From Octopus vulgaris (taxonomy: Eukaryota): a DNA stretch of 64,000 nt. The stretch covers positions 55,242,001 through 55,306,000 of the forward strand of contig OX597829.1 in assembly GCA_951406725.2 (NCBI GenBank). Reading direction: 5' to 3'. Below the pieces are notes generated by a model. It saw nothing but the letters and a program-made list of their open reading frames with translations. It did no database searches and was not told where the DNA came from. The position numbers and the translations under genes were made by a program. Below, in pieces: positions 53,342 to 64,000 of the stretch; positions within the stretch are counted from its first letter, which is position 1, and the number at the start of each line of letters is the position of its first letter.

Positions 53342-54960
53342 GGCACATATACACTCATAGAATTGATAATACTGAAAACAGCAAAACGTACACAGACGAA
53401 GTTCAAGAAACGAAATGTAGTCAATATAGGTGCAAAACATACTTTCTGTAGCATAGTTATGCTAAAAAAACTTGTTTTAGGTAATATTTCTCAAAGAAAT
53501 ATTCCAGCTTTGTAAAGCCACCAGTTTAGCAACAGTTACTATTCGTCACCATTGTAACAAAGTACAGAAAGTCAACATTTATTTGGAACATATACTAAAT
53601 GTCATAAAATTCACGATTGAATGAATGTGACGTTGAAGAAAATGAAACTCCAAGAAAACTCAGAAGGCTTAATTCAATTTTTCATTCAAAAATGATTTAT
53701 TATTTTACAATTTTGAAACGAACTCTGAACCAAGTGTACACAAAGGAATACGTCGATGTTGTAAACGTTAATTAATTTAAAACATTTGCTGAAGGATGTA
53801 TGTAGCAGGACATAAATTGATTTGACACTACTATATATTTTAACTGTGTATGGTTATATAGGCTGTAGAATAAATATTAACGCAGTAAAAAGGTTGCGCG
53901 GCGTTGAATACTCACACTGATAAGGCAGCATAACAGGAATACGATAAGGAACGTAGGACTGTTAAAAAAACATTATCTTCAAACTGGTTATAAGGAGTGG
54001 AATATCATTTCTGTAATTTTATTGAAAGAGCCCCTCATACTTTCTACGCTAAGTTTACGAATTTGTTATAATAACCAGAATAACACTTTTTTTCAGATGT
54101 ATTTGCGAGTAATGTGTGTGCTGTCAAATCAACCAAATCTTCATGTTGGTTATGAAAACCAGAATAATATTTCACCACATAAGTAGTGATAATCGTTAAT
54201 GCTGTTTCAACCACAACTCTCCGTGATGAAAAGGAAAATTCAAACACTGATATTTCAAAGAGAACACTGTTGTTCGTTCAAAGTCCAGGGCGCAACTAAA
54301 CTAAACTCTTTCAAAATCGGCGCGCTTCACTGTTGGGCGGTACAGTCGCATACATATACAAAGACAGACACATACAAACATACATTCACGCACACCTCAG
54401 GCCAATCTCTGTCCCTGTGTGTGTATGTCTGTTTTAATTGTGTGTGTGTGTGTGTTACAAAAATGTATGTATACTGACAAACGCATACACTGTCACACAC
54501 ATGTATTTCTCAGTCATCGGCCTAGTATACATAATGAATGCGCGAACACATATATAAAATGTGACGTCGTCGTGGTTAAGATGGTGGTAAAAAATGTCGT
54601 TTACGATAGGTTACTAAAAGAAAAATTATAATGTTAAAGTTTTGTAATGCAAATATTTGAATGAAAATACAGTTTAGTTGGTAACCGAAAGCTTACTAAA
54701 TCTTTTGATAGCCCATACGTCAGAATCGGCAACTCGGTTTTGGAATGCATAAGGAACATACGCACACACACACATTCACACTCACACACACAAACTCTTT
54801 TATAGATATAGATGTGCTTGTATATAGGTTTTTATATATGTATGTGTATTTTATGTGTATATTAATACACATAAATATGTGCATGTATGTATTTGTAGAA
54901 CGCTCAGCTGAAGACATATGTATGTATGTCTATATATATATACATGTATGTGTGTGTATT

Positions 54961-55174
54961 ACTCTTTTACTCCTTTACTAGTTTCAGTCATTTGACTGCG
55001 GCCATGCTGGAGCACCGCCTTTAGTCGAGGAAATCGACCCCGGGACTTATTCTTTGTAAGCCCAGTACTTATTCTATCGGTCTCTTTTGCCAAACCGCTA
55101 AGTGACGGAGACGTAAACACACCAGCATCGGTTGTCAAGCTAGGGAGACAAACACAGACATACAATCACACACA

Positions 55175-55224
<50 letters not shown>

Positions 55225-55388
55225 TACGACAGGCTTCTTTCAGTTTCCGTCTACCAAATCCACTCGCAAGGCATTGGTCGGCCCGAGGCTATAGTAGAAG
55301 GCACTTGCCCAAGATGCCACGCAGTGGGACTGAACCCGGAACCATGTGGTTGGTTAGTAAGCTACTTACCACACAGCCACTCCTGCGC
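54961..55388 (-). mobile_element. SINE family B, full length, low divergence
   Basis: Near-identical to 22547-22962 and 17205-17625. Confidence 0.92.
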
Positions 55389-56282
55389 TTGTATATATAT
55401 GTATGTAAAATATATTCTTTCATTTACACTTTATATCTGTGTATGTGTGTTCGTACACTATTCTCCTAGGCTTTCTCTATTACTAATAATCTTATACTTC
55501 CTACTTTTCACTTCTGTTTCCATCATCTTGACATAACCATCGATACTTGACATTAGTTTCTTCTTTAATGTTAAATTGGCCTCTTTCTTTCCCCCTTATA
55601 TGTACCCTTATATTATTCATTCTTTTCTTTCTTATCTGTATCTCCCTGTTTTCTCTACCTAGTTCTCTCCCCCTTTAGCATATTTCTTTATCCTTATCGT
55701 CCCTTTTTCTGTCTTTCACCCGTTACTTTGCTTCCTTCTATAATTGCCATCGTTTCTTCTCCTTTCTTTCCTTCTATTTGCGGCATTATATATCCCATCT
55801 ATAGTTTCTATTATTTTAATCTTTCATTATAATTTCGACTCTAAATGCCTAGTTTTGCAATCCTGTTATTCCTTTTATTTGCAATTCCTATTTTTTGGAT
55901 ACACACTGTCCATTTTTAATGACTTTTACGCAAAGTTGTTTTCGATTTAATCTTTCTATTTAAGTTAACCATCTCACCGTTGGCGGCCTGCATACACCGT
56001 ACTTTTGAAATGAATCACCCAATCATATTCAATTGCGTATTCGTTGAACTGTTAATAACTATTATGTATATCTACTCAATTTTATGTTCGATATTATCGA
56101 AACTATTCGACGAACAGTCATGCGAAACTCTAAATAACAATTTGTGAAAATATTTTTCGACTTTAATAAATAGCATATTACTCTGCTTTTGGCATTTGCG
56201 TACTATTTTTATAATATTGTTTAGTATTTATATGCTTTGCTTGCTCGTGTATATATAATATAATATAATATAATATAATATA

Positions 56283-56362
<80 letters not shown>

Positions 56363-56720
56363 TCTGTGTAATTTCCCCTTGTTAGCAATTAACATGGAAA
56401 AAATAGATAAATAGTTACCAGGGAAGATTACATTGTTTTACACCATTGTATTCCTTTGGAATAATATCAGTGATATCTTCGAAACATGTGTCGGAAGTAA
56501 AAGAATTTGAATAATATCTGCGTTTAACTCCATTTATATATATATATATATAATATTATATTATGCTTTCATCCAAAATGAAGATGAACACCATTCCTCC
56601 ATGTGATCGGCTTCAAAAACTGTAAAGACATTAAGATACTTTTTTTGTTATGAGACCAATGGTAGCTTAAATACATAAATAAAGAATTTTATTCAGCAAT
56701 GCACTCATTCTCGTCGTTCG

Positions 56721-56728
56721 AAATTTAC

Positions 56729-56799
<71 letters not shown>

Positions 56800-56805
56800 G
56801 TGTGT

Positions 56806-56849
<44 letters not shown>

Positions 56850-57050
56850 ACACACATATATGTTACAACCATCCAGCATTCTGAACACCTTTTTTCTTTC
56901 ATATGTATTAAATCTGTACATCACCCCCAATACTTCTAACATACATAAGTATGTATATATATGTTCAGAATGCTGGGTGGTTGTAACATATATGTGTGTG
57001 TATACACACACACACACACGTATATATATATACACACACACACGTAAATT

Positions 57051-57051
<1 letters not shown>
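56721..57051. repeat. Inverted duplication including microsatellites (arms ~56721-56887 / 56962-57051)
   Basis: CATATATGTTACAACCATCCAGCATTCTGAACA vs TGTTCAGAATGCTGGGTGGTTGTAACATATATG; outer AAATTTACGTGTG / CACACGTAAATTT. Confidence 0.75.
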
Positions 57052-57083
<32 letters not shown>

Positions 57084-57112
57084 TTATGTACATACATACA
57101 TACATACATACA

Positions 57113-57148
<36 letters not shown>

Positions 57149-57289
57149 TATTTATATAATACCGGGTGTGTTAGCTGCATGAGAACAAAATTTCAAGAAT
57201 CATAAGTAGTTCAAATTAATTTAATTAAGGTTTGGACCACCTTAATCCTTAATTAAATGTTCTCTCTTATTTCCAGGCACAACATAGAA

Positions 57290-58515
57290 GCTTTGAATTT
57301 AATGCAGACGAATTTAACGCCTGCTTTCCTCGTCGCCTCAATCACCAACCACTGTGATTTTGAATACGCAGCCTACTTAAATGACGCCAGGTTCTTCGTG
57401 TTTAAGACCAGAGAAGAGATCCTGGCTTCTAGCAGATATGCAAAACTACCAATAATGTGTTGTACATTATCAGAAGGGTACGCCTGAAGGTCAGTATCAT
57501 CTACATTAAGGAGTTCCATGTTCGAAGTTTCCGACCTGAAGTTGAACGTTCTCAAGTTGAAGACTCTTCAAGTACTTCTGAACTGTAAGAGGACGCCATT
57601 ATCATAATCATGGAATGCATGCATAAGCAGAAAAGCAAAGAATATCGAAAGGAGCGTGGGAGCAGGAATATCGTCTTGCTTTACTCCCTTCTTCAGACAA
57701 TTTACCGCTGTAGACGAGCCAAGTGTTGGTGCAACTGCTTAAACATATTGACAAACAGTGATGGGTACCCGATCTTTTAAAGGAGTGGACCGCAGTGTAT
57801 CTCTGTTAACTGAATGAAAACTTTTCGTTAAATAACAAACATTTGATATATAGTCATCTGCTGTTCAGTTCGTTTCACTTATATCTGTCGGGCAGAATAT
57901 GATAATATCGATTATTCATCTGCCTGACATAAAAACTACTTTGTTATCCAAGAATGACAGTAGGACAGATATATTCCGTCATCCTGTTCAATAAAAGTCT
58001 GTCAATCACTTTGCAGGATTGTGACGCCACAGTAGTGGTCACAAACTCCAGTTTTATTTTATCCTTGAAAAATGACACTCAAATGCCATCAATGCATTCT
58101 TTTAGTATAGGGGTGCCAGTGCAGCTCTTGGTGATGGGGTTAAATACTACATGTGTTACCGTTTCGCTTTCAGCCTTCAGCAGCTCGACAGGAAAGTCAT
58201 CTCGGCATGGTGCTCCACCGGAATTTATCGGTTTGAAAACCATTTTCCCTTCATCCTAAGATGTTAATTAATCCGTTGTGAATTTTATACAAAGCATTGA
58301 GTAAGACTCTCTATAAACATTACCATCGACTGCTGACGGGTTGTCGAATAAACCAGTGAAGCGTTCTTGCCAGCACAACAGGAATTTTACTGGTTCTTTG
58401 ATGATAATAGTGTTGTCCTTGGAATTCAAAGGAACTACAGAAGAAGCTGGTCGGACCAAACACTCCTCTTAGAAGACCATAAAACAGTCTTGAATTCTTT
58501 GCATCGTTAGTTCTT
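57290..58515 (-). mobile_element. Heavily decayed RTE (BovB-like) LINE
   Basis: DAKNSRLFYGLLRGVFGP..WQERFTGLFDNPSAV; GVKQDDIPAPTLLSIFFAF. Confidence 0.75.
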
Positions 58516-58671
58516 ATGCATACATACATACGTACATACATACATACACATACATACATACATACATACATACATACATACATACATACATACATGCATG
58601 CATGCATATACATACATACATACATACATACATACACAAACATACATACAAACACAAACATAAATACATAC

Positions 58672-60305
<1,634 letters not shown>

Positions 60306-60315
60306 TATATATATA

Positions 60316-61833
60316 AACTGAACCACTAAAGAAACGTCGCACACATACTAAATAAAACCGGTTTATGAACAGACTACCATAGTATTGATTGAAGATTGCT
60401 AATTAAGAAACTGCTCTTTCCTAATGATAAAACGTCATTTACTGAAACATGCTTGATGTCACATGATGTGACGTGATGACGGGCTGTCCTGGATCCGAAG
60501 AGATGAATTCAATATCTCGTATGACCACCATTAGCGTTGATTACCCCCAGGCGTCTTATGTACATCGAATACATCAAACGATTGATGAAGACCATGGGGA
60601 TAGTGGCCCACACTCTCTTAAAACTTGCAGAGAGTTGTGCTATAGTTGTCAGCCTTGGATGGATGTTATTTAGCCTTCTAAGCCTTCGTTCCATAAGTAC
60701 GGGGTTCAAGTCCGGACTTAGGGCAAGACATGGCAGTGTCTGGATGTTGTGCGGTTGGGGGAAGTCTGTTGTCAACCTGGCAGTATGGGCACAGGCGTTG
60801 TCGTATTGGGACACGTGATTCCGATGAAAGGCAAAGTATAACATAATGTGAGACCTCAATACTTGGTCGATGTAATGAGCTGCGATTGCTTCATTGCCCG
60901 GCCTTGGCCGATGTTCTGGAAGACCACCGGTCCAAGTTTCTGGTTAAGTGCAATCCCGCACAACACCATGATGCTCTCTCCTCCCCACGAGTCTCTCTCC
61001 ACCACACAGCCATCGGCATGACGTTCACCTCTTCTTCTCCAAATCCTAGCTCTGTCACAGAAATGCAATATCGACTTCCGTAAGAGAAGACTACAGTCCT
61101 CCACTACTGATATCACCAGTTTTGATGTCTTTGGGGCCACTGCAGACGTGCCCGTCGATGACGATCTGTGAGGGTGGGGCCCCGAGCTGGACGTCGACAT
61201 GACAGATTGAAAGATCTCAGCCGGCGGCAAACTGTCTCTGCACAAACGGGTCTGTGGTGAACCCTAAGATCTGTCTAGCTGATTTCGTTGCCCTCCAGAA
61301 TTAGTCCTGCGAGTGCTGTTGGTGCAGGTAGCGATTATGACGAGCCGTTGTAACCCTGGTCGGCCGCTTCGTGGACGATCATCCGTGCTGTTTGTGGTAT
61401 TGTATCATTCCCACAGCTGCTCAATTGTCCGAATACTGCAGTTCAGTTCGTTAGCAGTGACCCATGGACATTGACCAGCATGGAGACGTCCTATGGCTTG
61501 CTCCCACTGATTTCGTGTCAATCTTGGCATGCTTGCTGCTTTCGGGAAACGAATGATAGGCTGGGTGCCTTTTATAACCAATGAGTCAATGTTTTAACCC
61601 TGCATCATGCTTTTCATAAGGATGCGTTCGCGAGCATTACCATGTTCATGAAAAGTGAGTGAGTCCGAACCCTACATGCAATCCTTGTGTTTTCAAAAGA
61701 GAGTGGTGGTGTGGGTCAGTGACATCTTCTTAATATCAAACTACCTAGAAATGTGATAAAAGCCATATAATCTCAATATCGTGTGTGAAACAAATAATCT
61801 TTTACAGTACGACTTTTCTTTTGTGGTTCAGTA
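60316..61833 (-). mobile_element. Tc1-like transposon, near full length and decayed
   Basis: TIRs ACTGAACCACTAAAGAAACGTCGCAC / GTACGACTTTTCTTTTGTGGTTCAGT in TA context; transposase MPRLTRNQWEQAIGRL..GRPG.., WGGESIMVLCGI, DNACAHTAR..LSPDLNPV..NANGGHTRY. Confidence 0.9.
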
Positions 61834-61859
61834 TATATATATATTTGTGTGGGTGTGTA

Positions 61860-61911
<52 letters not shown>

Positions 61912-61926
61912 TGTGTGTGTGTGTAA

Positions 61927-62642
61927 TTTTAAATTAATAATAAAAGTGTAAAATTTATTAATTAAATTAATTAATTAACAATTTCACCAAGTAGATCGGT
62001 ACGTTAAAATAAGCTTTATTGGTAAAATTATCCACACAATTATAATTAGGGTTCAGCTAATTGCTTCACCACATACCGAATTTAGAAATAGGAGTTAAAA
62101 TTCCTTTTCTGCTACTACAAGAATCTCCATGACGGTAATTATTAATTAATTAATTAATTAATTAATTAATTAATTAATTAATTAATTCAATTAATAAATT
62201 TTACCCTTTTATTTTTAATTTAAAATTATAATTTACTCCATGATAGAATTCTGCAGTTTTCTGCAGTATTGCTCGTAGCATACACGTGGGCATGGAGTTT
62301 GGATACTGTAATCATATTCGGCCCTGTAAATTTCGGAAGTATTGGTTGGATATCTGTTACATGATGTCGCTCGATTGTGTGCATATTCAGCCTTAGCACT
62401 TTCAAATCTTATAATTGGTAATACTATACTGAAGAGAGAAGTAAGTAAAATTTAAATTACTTTAATCTCGAAACGCGTATATAGTTAATCCTATTTGTGT
62501 TGATTCATTGTTTTTCCCTTTGCCTTCGTAAAAAAGTATGTTTACCGTCATGGAGATTCTTATAGTAGCAGAAAAGGAATTTTGACTCCTATTTCTAAAT
62601 TCAGTATGTGGTGAAGCAATTAGCTGAACCCTAATTATAATT
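61927..62642 (+). mobile_element. PLE-like mini-element(s) with overlapping inverted repeats and a hammerhead
   Basis: 62038-62138 = reverse complement of 62542-62642; ~61927-61975 = reverse complement of ~62165-62228; flanked by (TG)n and (TA)n. Confidence 0.75.
62423..62485 (+). ncRNA. Type I minimal hammerhead ribozyme, canonical core
   Basis: ACUAUA CUGAAGA GAGA..UCUC GAAA C GC GUA UAUAGU. Confidence 0.85.
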
Positions 62643-62676
62643 ATATATATATGTATATATAAATGTACATATATGA

Positions 62677-62774
<98 letters not shown>

Positions 62775-62885
62775 ACATACATACATACATACATACATAC
62801 ATACATACATACCTACAATAATTTTTTACATAATGAGATAAAAAAACCCAGGCTGTGTAGATTTTAGAACATTTATAGATAGAAG

Positions 62886-62937
62886 GTCTTACAGATGTTT
62901 CTATGATATTTATTAATTATATCCCTTCATCGGAGAC
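62886..62937 (-). ncRNA. Degenerate PLE-type hammerhead
   Basis: Minus strand GUCU CCGAUGA AGG GAUAU..AUAUC AUA GAAAC AUCU GUA AGAC; U4C change and broken stem II base. Confidence 0.5.
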
Positions 62938-63145
62938 GGTGTGAGAGGATGGTTAAGTCATAGTTGGTTTAGATATGATACAAAATAGAGAGTGAGGTGG
63001 AGGAAAGAAAATAGATGTGAGATATGTGTGGGTATTGAATTTGTAGATCCATTTTTTTTAGGCAGAATGGTATATATGAGAAAAATCCAACAGTTTTTTA
63101 AATTGTTCATTCCATTCTTGGAATGAACAATTTTAAGCAGTTGGA

Positions 63146-63272
63146 TCATCATCATCATCATCACCACCACCACCACCACCACCACCACCACCACCATCAC
63201 CACCATTGTCATCATCATCGTCATCATCATCATCATAATCATCATAATCATCACCACCACCACCACCATCAC

Positions 63273-63317
<45 letters not shown>

Positions 63318-63330
63318 TATTATTATTAAT
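63146..63330. repeat. (CAT)n/(CAC)n/(TAT)n microsatellite
   Basis: Directly visible. Confidence 0.95.
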
Positions 63331-64000
63331 AGTTATATATTATTATTAATAGTTATATATTATCGCCTGATCGTCGCGCCTTGCCCCAGTTTACACTTGA
63401 CCAAACCGGAGCGCATGCTCTTCCGCTTTCTGTGAAAGGGATGCATTCCACTGGTCAGCCGCTTCATTCGCTGTCAACACCCGTTGGGCGTGCCGTGGCT
63501 GTTGATGCACCTATAGGTGCTGTGGCTGCGACATCTCCAGTGAGCAGGTGTTGTTGCCGTTTACCTGACACGATTTCCCACAGCTCGTCTCTTTGCCTGA
63601 GCTGCAGTCCTGGTTCAAGCGTACACTGAGGCAAGGCGTCAGGTAACTAGAATGTCGTTAAGTGCTCTCAGCCTTCTCTCAGTCGAGCAATGCGGTCAGT
63701 GGAAGTTCCACTCGTGCTTTCCATAGAGGGCTAGTAGCGGGAAAATGACGTTTTTGGGGTAACTCAGGGTGTCGATTAGAATGAATTGGCTGGTCTGTTC
63801 CGGACCGAAGCCTATGGATGACTTCCAGAAATCCCTGGTCTGGCAGTGCAACCGGGGGGGGGGGGGCATTGCCGGTTTGGGATAAACTCTACAGGCATAG
63901 AAGTGCTGTCAGATGGGTTTGCACGACGTTTATATGAATCCTCGTTGCTTAACAATGAAAAGATTATTATTACTATTATTGTCTTCACATTCTGATTTGA

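Noticed and set aside
63360-63960. GC-richer segment at the window end, perhaps a retroelement remnant
   Set aside because: No interpretable protein motif in any frame I could read.

Overview
Repeat-saturated, AT-rich, gene-poor animal DNA. The SINE families and microsatellite load suggest an octopus/coleoid cephalopod (inference, not searched). I find no convincing host protein-coding exon: the long ORFs in the track are microsatellite artefacts or transposon remnants. Content: at least three tRNA-derived SINE families (>20 copies); decayed LINEs (Tx1/L1-like, CR1, RTE, R4/Dong-like in (TAA)n); Penelope-like element (PLE) GIY-YIG fragments; Tc1, mariner and maT (DD37D) transposons; non-autonomous Helitrons; a long-TIR foldback element; many microsatellites. 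Most interesting signals: (1) a ~1.07 kb GC-rich non-coding island (46500-47575) with a tandem array of ~7-12 diverged motifs that fold as covarying H-type pseudoknots on the minus strand, flanked by ~105-bp inverted repeats; (2) many short foldback elements, mostly in or next to microsatellites, carrying minimal PLE-type hammerhead ribozymes, including one with a canonical core (62423-62485), a U3:A8 compensatory variant (59117-59158) and one directly downstream of a GIY-YIG ORF (14293-14379); (3) a ~2 kb ORF1-only (HAL1-like) retroelement inserted into a SINE head with a perfect 15-bp TSD. Coordinates were read by eye and may be off by a few bases.
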